Origin: Hyphomicrobiales bacterium
Lineage (GTDB): Bacteria > Pseudomonadota > Alphaproteobacteria > Rhizobiales > TMED25
Direction of reading: 5' to 3'
NCBI GenBank assembly: GCA_965204565.1
Contig: CBDBEU010000003.1
Span: 693,424-757,423, forward strand
DNA length: 64,000 nucleotides
Position 1 is the stretch's first letter, and every line of letters starts with the position of its first letter. Under the pieces are notes generated by a model. The model did no database searches and was not told the DNA's origin. It saw nothing but the letters and a program-made list of their open reading frames with translations. Positions 20,180-30,560 of this stretch are shown here, piece after piece. The translations under genes were made by a program, and so were the position numbers.

Positions 20180-21265
20180 ATGCCACCGCTCAAACAACCG
20201 ATGAAACCCTATGTCTCGACAAGTGCGCGCGAGCATCTGGGCCACTGGGACCGTTCCGACGCCGTTACCGTCGATATTCACGGCCATATGCGCATCGATG
20301 AAGCCGCCAAACTGGTCGTCAAGCATACCAAAGGTGACGATCACCCCAGCGGCATCATTCCCAACGCGCTTACACAGAAGGTCGGCGCCCAGCAGAACAA
20401 GGACCGCGAAGCCGAACTTGCCGGTACCGAAGAGCGGCTTGCTGAAATGGACAAGATGAGGGTCGACGTGATGGCGGTCTCGCCGCACCCGCCCCAGCTC
20501 TATCCCCCGGTCGAGGCATCAGTCGCCGCTGAATCCCATCAGATTCTGAATGACGGCATTCATGCCCGGATCAAGAACCACCCAAAGCGCATGGTCGGAC
20601 TTGGTGCGGTGCCGCTTCACGATGCCGATCTGGCGGTCAAGGAACTCGACCGCATCATGACCGACCTCAACTTTAAGGGCATTGAGATTGCCGCCCGCAT
20701 GGGCGATGAAGAGCTGGACGCCCGCCGTCTCGACCCGTTCTGGGCACGCTGCGAGCACTATGACATTCCGATCTTCATTCACCCCACATCGTTCAACAGC
20801 CCGCGCTTTTCCGAGCACTATCTGGTCAATGTGATCGGCAATCCGCTCGATACCACCGTGGCGGTGCACTATCTGATCTTTGGCGGCGTTCTGGAACGCT
20901 TCCCCAATCTCAAATTCGTACTCAGCCACGGCGGCGCCTTTGCCTGCGCCTATTCCGGCCGTATGGACCACGCCTATGGCGCACGTCCCGACTGCCGCGA
21001 GAACATCTCGATGCCGCCAACCTACTATGTGTCGAAACTCTATCCCGACTCTCTGGTGTTTACCGTCGATCAGCTCGATTATCTGATCAAACGCTTTGGT
21101 CCAGATCAGGTGTTGATCGGCACCGACTATCCCTTCGACATGGGCGAATACGACCCGGTCGAACAGGCCTATCAGGTGCCAGGCCTTTCACAAGGAAACC
21201 GCGATCTGATCTGCGGCGGCAATGCGCTGCGGCTGATGCATCTCGACGAGGCCGATTTCAAGTAA
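20180..21265 (+). CDS. amidohydrolase-2 family protein (ACMSD-like decarboxylase/hydratase)
   Basis: VDIHGH, IFIHP, GNPLDTT, SHGG, GTDYPFDMG. Confidence 0.92.
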   Translation: MPPLKQPMKPYVSTSAREHLGHWDRSDAVTVDIHGHMRIDEAAKLVVKHTKGDDHPSGIIPNALTQKVGAQQNKDREAELAGTEERLAEMDKMRVDVMAVSPHPPQLYPPVEASVAAESHQILNDGIHARIKNHPKRMVGLGAVPLHDADLAVKELDRIMTDLNFKGIEIAARMGDEELDARRLDPFWARCEHYDIPIFIHPTSFNSPRFSEHYLVNVIGNPLDTTVAVHYLIFGGVLERFPNLKFVLSHGGAFACAYSGRMDHAYGARPDCRENISMPPTYYVSKLYPDSLVFTVDQLDYLIKRFGPDQVLIGTDYPFDMGEYDPVEQAYQVPGLSQGNRDLICGGNALRLMHLDEADFK

Positions 21266-21285
21266 GCGGGCTCACAGACTTTTTC

Positions 21286-21318
21286 AAAGGCCCCGGCTCA
21301 GCGCCGGGGTCTTTTTTT
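21286..21318 (+). terminator. rho-independent terminator between convergent genes
   Basis: aaaggccccggc/gccggggtc hairpin followed by a T7 run. Confidence 0.85.
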
Positions 21319-21338
21319 GTTCAACCTCGCAACCCGCC

Positions 21339-22271
21339 CTAGAACTCAACCCTGTCGCCACCTTTCAGCGAAAGGATCTCGCGCGCCTCGTCCGGCGTTG
21401 CCACCTCAATCCCGAGTGAATCGAGGATCTGACGGGCCAATCGCACCTGATCGGCATTGGACTTGGCGAGCTTTCCAGGTCCTGCCCAAAGCGAGTCCTC
21501 AATACCAATACGAATATTGGAGCCCATCGCGGCTGCCTGCGCGGCAATCCGCATCTGGCTCGAACCCGCGCCCAGCACCGACCATTGATAGTCATTGCCA
21601 AACAACCGGTCGGCGGTGCGCTTCATATGGGCCACGTCTTCGGGATGGGTACCGATGCCACCCAGAATACCGAACACCGACTGAACGAAGAACGGCGGCT
21701 TGACCAATCCGCGGCCTGCGAAATGCGCCAGATTGTAAAGATGCGCAATGTCGTAGCATTCGAACTCAAACCGTGTGCCGTTGTCGTAGCAGGTCTCCAG
21801 AATGTACTCGATATCCTTGAACGAGTTGCGGAACACCAGATCTCGCGTCGCCTCCAGATGCTCCGGCTCCCAGTCGTGTTTGAATTCCTTGTAGCGGTCG
21901 AGCAGGTGATAGAGGCCGAAATTGATCGATCCCATATTGAGTGACGCCACTTCCGGCTTGAACTGGGCCGCCGGCAAGACCCGCTCTTCCACCCGCATAT
22001 AGGGGCTGCCGCCAGTGGTAATGTTGACCACCGAATTGGTCGCCTGTTTGATTCGCGGCAGGAATTTGCCGAACGCTTCGGGTGTTTGATCCGGCTTTCC
22101 GTTTTCCGGATCGCGTGCATGCAGATGCAGAATCGACGCTCCAGCCTCGACTGCTTTAAGCGCATCATCGATTATCTCATCTGGCGTTACAGGCAGATAA
22201 GGCGACATGCTCGGCGTGTGAATGGAACCCGTCACCGCACAGGTGATAATCGCTTTGCGACTTGTGGCCAT
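21339..22271 (-). CDS. BKACE / 3-keto-5-aminohexanoate cleavage enzyme family (DUF849)
   Basis: IITCAVTG, ILHLHARDP, ASLNMGS, EFECYD, RIGIED. Confidence 0.93.
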   Translation of the reverse strand: MATSRKAIITCAVTGSIHTPSMSPYLPVTPDEIIDDALKAVEAGASILHLHARDPENGKPDQTPEAFGKFLPRIKQATNSVVNITTGGSPYMRVEERVLPAAQFKPEVASLNMGSINFGLYHLLDRYKEFKHDWEPEHLEATRDLVFRNSFKDIEYILETCYDNGTRFEFECYDIAHLYNLAHFAGRGLVKPPFFVQSVFGILGGIGTHPEDVAHMKRTADRLFGNDYQWSVLGAGSSQMRIAAQAAAMGSNIRIGIEDSLWAGPGKLAKSNADQVRLARQILDSLGIEVATPDEAREILSLKGGDRVEF

Positions 22272-22353
22272 TTAACCCCCTATCAAAAACCCCATTTGTT
22301 GGCGCATTTCCGAACTTTTTTGCCGCTACCGAGCGGATGCTGTTGAGCATCTA

Positions 22354-22833
22354 GGGTCTGGACTCATTATAGCCACGAGATAAGGGCTGCGCGAGCGTGA
22401 TAGCTGCCATGACGTTTTTAATGTTGCGCTCGAAGCGAGTTGCGATGCGCTGCCGGTCTTTGAGGCGGCGGAACATGCGTTCGATGATACTTCGCTCCCT
22501 GTAGATGGCCTGATCGTAGTGATATCGGATCTTGCGGTTCTTTCGCGGCGGGATGACGGGCCCGGTCCCGCGCTCTTCAAGCCGTTCGCACAGTTCACGG
22601 CCGTCACAGCCTCTGTCGGCGACAAGTTCAGCGGATGGCATGGACGATCCCGCTCGGCACACGACGATCATCAACGTTCTTCCTTCCGCGCACATCGGTC
22701 GGCAGAAGCGGCGCGATCCGGGCACGCCGAGAATCGGAAAACCAGAAGAAATCATACATCCCGTTACCTCCTCATCGGAGGCAATGAATCATCCTCAGAT
22801 CAAATCGGGAGGACGGTTATCGGGGTCGGAACC
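22354..22833 (-). mobile_element. internally deleted IS5-family (IS427/IS1031-like) element
   Basis: ADRGCD, PVIPPRKNRK, IERMFRRLKD..RIATRF; its end matches 63261-63345. Confidence 0.85.
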
Positions 22834-22835
22834 TA

Positions 22836-22919
22836 ATGGGCGGGCACCACCACATCATACCGACCCTCCGTCCAATCCGGAGTTGAGGACCAAGGCGCTC
22901 GAAAGCCTTCTTGTCGAAA
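22836..22919 (+). pseudogene. nthA: N-terminal scrap of nitrile hydratase alpha subunit
   Basis: MGGHHH/HTDPPSNPELRTKALESLLVE matches the typical NHase alpha N-terminus. Confidence 0.6.
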
Positions 22920-23115
22920 CTCACATTCCCCAAGTAACGTGACGTTTTCGCGCCTCCGACAGCCGGTAACATGTTATATTTCAGCATGTTGTGTGGGCTG
23001 TGTGTGCGGATCATCCGCAGGGTGCAGGCGAAACGGGTGATATCAGGCTCGGTTTCGACAGTTGGGTGCGGCTGGAATTCCATGGCTCGACGGGTCTGAC
23101 CCGACGGGTGCCGGC
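22920..23115 (+). mobile_element. IS1380 left-end fragment fused to its 3' non-coding part
   Basis: Near identical to the reverse complement of 16150-16298; then CTCGACGGGTCTGACCCGACGGGTGCCGG as at 24626. Confidence 0.88.
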
Positions 23116-23137
23116 CGTGATCATCCGCAGGCTAACG

Positions 23138-24000
23138 CTACGGCTTGCCAAAGGGGATAGCGAGTTCGAATGTCAGGCCCCAGCTCTCGAAATCGGACCG
23201 CCCGATCCCGTCATGGGTCGCTCCAAGCGAGAGCCGCGTTCCATGCTCGGTCGTCATGCCGACACCGGCCTTCAGGCGCGCACGCCACCCCTCGACTTCG
23301 GGCCCGTTCGTATTGGTGAGCGTATCGCCGGTATTGTATATGCCCTCGACCTCCAGGTAGGGCGAGTAGGTCCGACCTTCCGGACCTTCGAACCGTCCGG
23401 TGAATGTGGGGCCGATCTTGATCTGGCCAAGCCGCACGGTCTGGCCGGGGATTGTTGCCCCGACGCTGTCGACGTAACGCTGCTGTGGTTCCTCGAAATA
23501 GGACAGGCGCGCATGCGGCCGGATCGTCCAGTTGCCGTGCTGAGCCTCGCCGGTCAGGCTCGCCCTGGCAAGCCAGCGCCTGGTCGAGAAGGTGTCGGTA
23601 TAGGTGTCGAACAGGCTGATCCGGTTATCCGATCTGCCAACTGCGACATGACCGTCGAAATACAGATTTGAGGCCAGCCGCGCCGTCATATAGGGCCCGA
23701 ACATGTAACCGAAGCCACTGACCGTGCCTGTATCGGTCAACTCTTCCCTCGTGTCGAGGGATACGAGCGCGCCGACCAGGACATCAGGCGTCAGCAGGTA
23801 ATCCACCCCGGTATGGGCGATGGCGAAATCACCATGCTCATCCGCACCGCCGCCGAATGTCCTGTATTGTGCTTCGAACCAGGCATCGAAGCGGTGGTTT
23901 TCGACGTAAGCGACTTCTCCCCGGCCGATCCAGAGACCAGCGCGACGCTCGCAGCCGCTTGGACGCCCTGCCCCCCCCTAGCTTTGAGCATGTTGGCGTG
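23138..24000 (-). pseudogene. autotransporter beta-barrel domain, 5' truncated
   Basis: GVDYLLTPDVLVGALV, GYMFGPYM, beta-strand pattern; passenger domain missing. Confidence 0.75.
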
Positions 24001-24032
24001 ATTCCCTGGGGATATCAGCGACGGAGGGTACG

Positions 24033-24200
24033 ATGGCTGCACAGCGCGGGTTGTTCGATCCGGATGAGCGCTACGCGGCGTTATCGAAGGCGGGAGATCC
24101 GCTGGAGCGGCTTGCAGGGGGTATCGACTTCGAGCTCTTCCGGCCAGAGTTGGATGCGACGCTTGATCGCTCCGATGGCAGGCAAGGCGGGCGCCCGCCG
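24033..24200 (+). mobile_element. IS5-family (IS5 subgroup) transposase N-terminal fragment
   Basis: GLFD.DERYAALSKAGDPLERL..IDFELFR..GGRPP. Confidence 0.85.
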
Positions 24201-24690
24201 ATGGAGCCGGACCGGATTATTCGGTTCTATAACCAGCGCGGCACTGCCGAACGGCATGTCGAGGAAGGAAGGCAGGTGATCAATTGGACGCGTCTTTCCT
24301 GCAAGGGCATGGCGTGGAACGAGGTGCGGCTTCAGCTTCATGCATCGGCCTGCAATCCCAGTGTCTTCCTGCAGGGCACCGACCTGCCGGAGGAGATGGC
24401 CGACCGGCCTGCGGACCCGCCTCATCAGGATCGGAGCGCGGGTCGTCCGCCACGCCCGAGTCGTCACGTTCCAACCGGCCGGGGCAGCTGTCGGCGGCGC
24501 TCTGTTCACCCGCATCCCTGCGTCCATCCAACGGCTCCGTGCGCCACCGGTACCGGCCAGCGCCACCGGTACCGGCCAGCGCTACCGACATGACGGTGTC
24601 GGCGATCAGACCCGGGCGCAAGCGGCTCGACGGGTCTGACCCGACGGGTGCCGGTCAGACCGACTTCCGGTTCAAGCCCGTTGCAGCGGC
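24200..24690 (+). mobile_element. IS1380 C-terminal fragment with a 19-bp tandem duplication at 24542-24579
   Basis: FYNQRGTAE, NEVRLQLH; matches the reverse complement of 14750-15215. Confidence 0.9.
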
Positions 24691-25061
24691 CTAAATCGCG
24701 CCCGGTTTACGAACCACGACAAAGCCCGCCCAAGGGGATTGATCCGTACGTAAAACAGCGGCAGCATGATCGAAGGGAAATGCCGGTTGGATTAAGTATT
24801 CGGCCTTTCCTTGGTGAATGAAGTAAATCTGGCGTGTCGGGCAAATTGTCCGGACAATGCGCGGAGCATCCTTGGCATGCCGTGCGCACCACAGCAAGCT
24901 CGTTTGTGCGCTTTTTTAGCGCTCTATGCCAATGTCGGGGAGATCAGTTGATCAATAGCGCTCGGGGTAATAGTTTGCATGCTGGAGGTCTCAATTTTTG
25001 CTTGCACTGGCGAGCACCGCTGGGCATGTGATGCGTCTGTAACTGACAGAACGAATTTTTG

Positions 25062-25400
25062 ATGAGTGATCAGATTGGCAAAGCGGACCGTGTGTCCCCT
25101 GACCAGCACGATGGCACACTGATCCCGGCAGGGTCGATCGATCATATCGCCGTCGCTGTGCCCGATCTCAATGAGGCCATGCGATTTTATCCGTCGACTT
25201 TCGGCGCTCGGCTCACTGAGCCGGTCGATGTGCCGGACCAAGGCATCCGCATTGCCTATGCCGAGCTTGTCAATGCGCGCGTCGAGCTGATGCAACCGAC
25301 CCGGCCCGATTCCCCGGTCGCGCGTTTTCTCCAGCGCAATCCAAAAGGCGGCATTCATCATTTTTGCATGACCGCCGCAGCCGCCGAGGCGCAAGTTATC
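25062..25400 (+). pseudogene. mce: methylmalonyl-CoA epimerase (VOC family), C-terminally truncated
   Basis: IDHIAVAVPDL, VELMQP, SPVARFL..NPKGGIHH; the final ELE strand is missing. Confidence 0.72.
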
Positions 25401-25476
25401 AGGCTGGCCGGCAAGCCGGTGCCCGACTGCATAAACCATCGAAACACACTTGAAGATGAAGGGACTGGAAACGTCA

Positions 25477-26370
25477 ATGAGCAAGGGCGGAAGTGAATTC
25501 AAGGAAGTCCTCTACGAGGTCAAGAAGAACGTGGCCTGGATTACCATCAACCGGCCGGAAGTGCGCAATGCCTTTCGCGAGCAGACGCTCGACGAATTGC
25601 GCGAGGCGGTTCTTCTAATCCGCAACGATCCCTCGATCGTCTGTGCCGTGATCACCGGCGCCGGCGAGGATGCGTTCTCAGCTGGTGGCGACTTCCATGC
25701 CATGAAGCGTTTGAACTGGGTCAACGCTGCCCATTGGAACGACCGCATGCAGGGACTTGCGATGGCCATAAGGGGTTTGCCGATTCCGGTTATCGCCATG
25801 GTGCATGGTTTTTGCGTCGGTGGCGGCCACGAGCTTGCTTTGTGGTGCGATCTGGTGATCTCCGCCGAGGATGGCGTATTCGGCCAGACCGGCGCCAAGG
25901 TCGGCGCCTGCCCCACCGTCGGCGCCACCCAGTATATTCCAAGGCTGATTGGCGATCGTCTGGCCAAGGAGATGATTTTCCTGTGCCGCACCTTCAAGGC
26001 CGAAGAAGCGGTACAGATCGGTCTGATCAACAAATGCGTGCCCAAGGCCGATTTGCGCAAGGAGACCGAAGCCTGGTGCGAGCAGATCAAGTCCTACTCC
26101 TCGCAGACCATCCGTCAGACCAAGAAGTCGCTGAACCACGAATCCGATCAGCTCTATGCTTCCTGGCAGCACGGCATGGAGCTACTCGCCCATGTCTGGG
26201 GATCGGAAGAATCGCTTGAAGGCATGAATGCCTTCCTCGAGCGCCGCAAGCCTGACTTCATGAAGTTCCGCCAGGCCAACAAGCGCGAAGTCGCGGGCTA
26301 TCTCCGTGGTCTTGATCGCGATGAGAACGCAGCGCCGAAAAAGGCGAAAAGAAAAGCCAGCAAGAATTAA
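25477..26370 (+). CDS. crotonase of the BadI/MenB subgroup (cyclic beta-ketoacyl-CoA hydrolase-like)
   Basis: ITINRPEVRNAFR, FSAGGD, VGGGHEL, FGQTGAKVG, EGMNAFLERRKPDF. Confidence 0.88.
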   Translation: MSKGGSEFKEVLYEVKKNVAWITINRPEVRNAFREQTLDELREAVLLIRNDPSIVCAVITGAGEDAFSAGGDFHAMKRLNWVNAAHWNDRMQGLAMAIRGLPIPVIAMVHGFCVGGGHELALWCDLVISAEDGVFGQTGAKVGACPTVGATQYIPRLIGDRLAKEMIFLCRTFKAEEAVQIGLINKCVPKADLRKETEAWCEQIKSYSSQTIRQTKKSLNHESDQLYASWQHGMELLAHVWGSEESLEGMNAFLERRKPDFMKFRQANKREVAGYLRGLDRDENAAPKKAKRKASKN

Positions 26371-26384
26371 GTAGGTCCAGGAAC

Positions 26385-27584
26385 ATGAGCGCACGCAGTG
26401 GTCCCCTTGCCGGGATCAGGGTGATTGATCTCAGCCGCATTCTGGCGGGGCCCTTTTGCACCATGAATCTCGGTGATATGGGCGCCGAGATCATCAAGAT
26501 CGAGCAACCCGGCAAGGGCGATGATACGCGCTCCTGGGGGCCGCCCTTCGTTGGCGGTGAGGCGGCCTATTTTCTTGGCATCAACCGCAACAAGCGCAGC
26601 TTCACCCTCAACCTCAAGGCACCCGAGGGTCAGGAAATCCTCAAAGACCTGCTCAAGACCGCCGATGTGGTGATCGACAATTTCAAGGTCGGCACCCTCG
26701 ACGGCTGGGGCATCACCGATGAATGGCGCGAGCGCGAAGCAACGCGCCTCGTCCATTGCCAGATCACAGGCTATGGCGGGCGCGGGTCACGCGGCGACCG
26801 GCCCGGTTATGACTTTCTGCTCCAGGCCGAAAGCGGGCTGATGAGCATTACCGGCGATGAGGACGGCTCACCCACCAAGGTCGGCGTGGCGCTGGTCGAT
26901 GTCACCACCGGCATGTATGCGACGATCTCGATACTCGCCGCCTTGAACGCGGTCCGTTCGACTGGCCGCGGCCAAAGATGTGAAACCAGCCTTTATGCCA
27001 GCTCCATCTCAATGCTGATCAATGTTGCGGCCAATCATCTGGCCACCGGCAAGCCGGCACGGCGTTTCGGCAATGGTCATCCCAATATCGTGCCATACCG
27101 CACCTTTGAGGCTTCTGACGCCGCCGTCGCGGTCGCAGTGGGCAACGACGCCCAGTTCGCCCGTTTTGCCGAATGCCTCGGCTATGGCGAATGGGCATCG
27201 GACGAGCGCTTCGTCAAGAATGCCGACCGGGTGGTCAACCGCACAATCATTGACGGGTTGATCCAGGAAGTGATTGGCACAAACACTGCCGATCATTGGA
27301 TCAAGACCCTGCTCGTCGCCGATGTTCCCGCAAGCCGGGTCAATTCGGTCGAGCGTGCACTGGTCGATGAGCAAACCCTTGCCAATGACATGGTGGTTGA
27401 AATCGACCATCCCGCCGCTGGCATGATGAAGATGCTGGGCGTGCCCTATCGGTTTTCAGACACCCCGGCCGGCGTGGAACTGGCGCCGCCGCTGCTCGGT
27501 GCTGATACCGACGACATTCTTCAAAACGATCTCGGCGCCGATGCCGCAACGATTGACCGTTATCGCAAAGCCGGCGTGATCTAG
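26385..27584 (+). CDS. CaiB/BaiF family III CoA transferase
   Basis: DLSRILAGP, GDDTRSWGPP, NRNKRS, PGYD. Confidence 0.95.
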   Translation: MSARSGPLAGIRVIDLSRILAGPFCTMNLGDMGAEIIKIEQPGKGDDTRSWGPPFVGGEAAYFLGINRNKRSFTLNLKAPEGQEILKDLLKTADVVIDNFKVGTLDGWGITDEWREREATRLVHCQITGYGGRGSRGDRPGYDFLLQAESGLMSITGDEDGSPTKVGVALVDVTTGMYATISILAALNAVRSTGRGQRCETSLYASSISMLINVAANHLATGKPARRFGNGHPNIVPYRTFEASDAAVAVAVGNDAQFARFAECLGYGEWASDERFVKNADRVVNRTIIDGLIQEVIGTNTADHWIKTLLVADVPASRVNSVERALVDEQTLANDMVVEIDHPAAGMMKMLGVPYRFSDTPAGVELAPPLLGADTDDILQNDLGADAATIDRYRKAGVI

Positions 27585-27587
27585 AAT

Positions 27588-28484
27588 ATGCCCTCGCGCG
27601 AAAAACTGACCTCGCTCGATCAGGCAATCAGCAACAATGTCCATGATGGCGACACCGTTTTTATCGCCGGTTTTGGTCATCTTGTGCCCTTCGCCGCAGC
27701 CCATGAAATCTTGCGTCAGCGCATCGGCAAGCTGACGCTGGCCCGCTCTGGCGCCGATATATTGTTCGACCAGATGATCGCCGCCGGTGCGGTTTCAAGG
27801 GTCACGTTCGGCTATCTCGGCAATCCCGGCATTGGCCTTGGCCACGCCTTCCGCCGGGCCGCCAAGGACGGCACCATCGAGATTGATGAATGGACCAATT
27901 TCTCGATCATGCTGCGCCTGCATGCCGCCCGCATGGGGCTTCCCTTCATGCCCTCGCGGATCATGCAGATTGGCGACAACCCGAGCGGTGCTGACGGTCT
28001 CAAGACCGTCACTTGCCCCTATACCGGCGATCAGCTGGCGGCCATTCCCGCGCTCACGCCCGATGTCGCGCTGGTCCATGCACAACAGGCGGACGCCGCC
28101 GGCAATGTCCAGATCTGGGGCGTTGATGGTGACACTGTGGAAGGCGCTCTGGCATCGGACCGCATTGTGGTCACTGTCGAGCGTGTGGTTGAGCGTGACG
28201 AGATCGCCCGCGCGCCTGAGCGCACGCGCATTCCCGCCGACCGGGTGAGCGCGCTTGCCCAAGTGCCCTGGGGCGCGCATCCCTCTTATGCGGCTGGATT
28301 TTATTCGCGTGACGATCAGCATTTTCGCGACTTCGACAAGGTCTCGCGCGACCCGGACGAGCTTGCTGCATTTCTTAAGCGCTGGGTCTATGGCGCCAGG
28401 ACCCGCGATGCCTATCTGGAGCTGATCGGCGCCAAGGCCCGCGGCGAACTTGAAGCCGGCCTGCAGGGGAGCGCTGGATCATGA
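27588..28484 (+). CDS. family I CoA transferase subunit A (GctA-like)
   Basis: PFAAAHEILRQ, CPYTG, PDVALVHAQQADAAGN, GAHPSY. Confidence 0.9.
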   Translation: MPSREKLTSLDQAISNNVHDGDTVFIAGFGHLVPFAAAHEILRQRIGKLTLARSGADILFDQMIAAGAVSRVTFGYLGNPGIGLGHAFRRAAKDGTIEIDEWTNFSIMLRLHAARMGLPFMPSRIMQIGDNPSGADGLKTVTCPYTGDQLAAIPALTPDVALVHAQQADAAGNVQIWGVDGDTVEGALASDRIVVTVERVVERDEIARAPERTRIPADRVSALAQVPWGAHPSYAAGFYSRDDQHFRDFDKVSRDPDELAAFLKRWVYGARTRDAYLELIGAKARGELEAGLQGSAGS

Positions 28485-29233
28485 GCGAAGCCATCCGAGA
28501 GCTGTCTGAATCGGCGCGCATTGCCCTGCTTGCCGCCCGCGAGCTTGGCGACGGTGAAACCTGTTTTGTTGGTATTGGCATCCCGTCCGATGCCGCCTGC
28601 CTGGCGCTGCACTCCCACGGGCCGGCACTGACCCTGATTTTCGAGTCCGGCGTGATTGGTGCCGACCCGCCCGAGCCACCGCTTTCCACCGGTTCGCCTT
28701 CGGTGTGCGAGGGCGCTTTGATGATCGCTGACGGGCTTAGCGTATTCGGCGCGCTACAGGCTGGCCGCATAGATGTCGGCCTGCTATCGGCCGCCCAGGT
28801 CGATCGCAAGGGTAATCTCAACTCGACCGTGATCGGGCCCTATGACGCGCCCAAGCTGCGCATGGTGGGCTCGGGCGGCGCCCACGACATCGCCTGCCTC
28901 GCACCACGCCTCATCATTCTCATGCCGCATGATCCGCGCCGCTTTGTCGAACGCGTCGATTTTGTCACCAGTCCCGGTGCGGGCAGTGAATATGCCGCCG
29001 AGCGCGAGCGGCTGAAGCTTGGTTCAGGTCCGGTCTCACTGATCACCAGCCGCGCCCGTTTTGCCATGACCGACAATGGCTTCGAACTCGATGCCCCGCT
29101 TGAAGGTTTCAGCCGCGAGGAAGCGCTTGACGGCATCCCCTGGCCAGCCGGATCCGGCGGCGGTGATGCTGTTGCCATTGAGCCTGCGGCCATTGCGGTA
29201 CTTCAGCGTTTTCCGCATTTGGGCAAGACCTGA
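28481..29233 (+). CDS. family I CoA transferase subunit B (GctB-like)
   Basis: FVGIGIP, catalytic Glu in LIFESG, AQVDRKGNLNST, GSGGAHD; ATGA overlap with subunit A. Confidence 0.9.
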   Translation: MSEAIRELSESARIALLAARELGDGETCFVGIGIPSDAACLALHSHGPALTLIFESGVIGADPPEPPLSTGSPSVCEGALMIADGLSVFGALQAGRIDVGLLSAAQVDRKGNLNSTVIGPYDAPKLRMVGSGGAHDIACLAPRLIILMPHDPRRFVERVDFVTSPGAGSEYAAERERLKLGSGPVSLITSRARFAMTDNGFELDAPLEGFSREEALDGIPWPAGSGGGDAVAIEPAAIAVLQRFPHLGKT

Positions 29234-29347
29234 CCGGCCGTAGTCAATCACGGTGAATTGTCCCCGGCCCCAGTGGCCACAGGCACGTTTTCCTGTGTTA
29301 AAAGCGCTCCCGCTGCTGGCTGAAATAAGGTGACAGTGGGGGAATAA

Positions 29348-30560
29348 ATGTTGCGGGCGTTGGTGGTCGCAATTGTCGCGACGGTGGTGGTTCTTGCCGC
29401 ACATCCGGCAGTTGACGAAAAGCGCGTCGCGCTCATCATCGGCAATTCGGATTATTCCAATGTGCCGGCTCTGGACAATCCGGCCAACGATTCCTCTGAT
29501 TTTGCCGTGGCTCTGGAACGTCTGGGCTTCGACGTCGAGATCGTCTCCGATCAGTCCTATTCCGACATGCGCAAAACGGGTTGAGGGATTTTCGTTCGTG
29601 CGTTGCCGGTGCCGACATTGCAGTCATCTATTATGCGGGCCATAGGATCGAGGTCGACAAGCAGAATTATCTGATCCCCACCGATGCAACACTCGCCAGT
29701 GATGGCGATGTTGACTACGAGGCGATCCCGCTGGACCTGGTGCTGCGCTCCGTCGACAGTGCCAAGCTGCTGCGCCTAGTGATTGTCGATGCCTGCCGCA
29801 ACAATCCGTTCGCGACAAATATGACGCGTGCCGGTGCGTCGCGTTCGATCGGGCGCGGGCTTGCCCGGGTCGAGCCGTCCGGCAACACCTTCTTTGCCTT
29901 CGCCGCCAAGGAAGGCACCACTGCTGCCGATGGTGAAGGGCGCAATAGCCCGGTCGCCACCGCGCTGTTGCAGCATATTGAGGAGCCGGGTCTGGAAATA
30001 GGGTTGCTGTTCCGCAAGGTCCGTGATTCCGTGCTCGAAAAGACAGGCGGCGAGCAGGAGCCGTTTTGTATGGATCGCTCTCCAGTGCCGGTGTCTATCT
30101 CCGGCAAGGCGCATCCCCCAAGAGAGCACCGCCAGCTCTGATCAGAAGAATGAGCCTAGCAACTCGATCATTCCGTCCGGGTCCGCCGAAATCGAAATTA
30201 CCTTCTGGAATACGGTCAAGGACGCAAATAATCCGGCGATGCTGTGCACCTATCTGGCGCGCTTCAGCAATGGTGCGTTTGCCGATCTCGCACGCATCAT
30301 GCTGGAGAAGCTGGAGGGCGGGCGCGAGGAACGCGTGGCGCAGGTTGAGCCGCGCCAACAAATCCGTCCCGGCAAGACCGGCGCTGCCAAGCAGCTCACG
30401 CGCGACATCACCAGCACCGTGACAATTGACGAGATCGATATTGCCGGCACGCGCTGGCCCGCCATTGGCGTGGAGATTTCTTCGATTGCGCCGCAAATGG
30501 CGCGCACGCTGGGGTTTGCCGCCAATTCCGACGCTGGGGGGATAAAGGTCAATCCGGTAG
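29348..30560 (+). pseudogene. secreted caspase-like (peptidase C14) protein, frameshifted and truncated by IS1380
   Basis: RVALIIGNSDY, LDNPAND, YYAGH, IVDACRNNPF, EITFWNTVKD; frameshifts near 29580 and 30065. Confidence 0.88.

Noticed and set aside
24691-25030. Short ORFs or ncRNA after the IS1380 fragment
   Set aside because: No motif or convincing structure
25477-26370. menB assignment
   Set aside because: Lacks the MenB GSFD motif and no men genes are nearby
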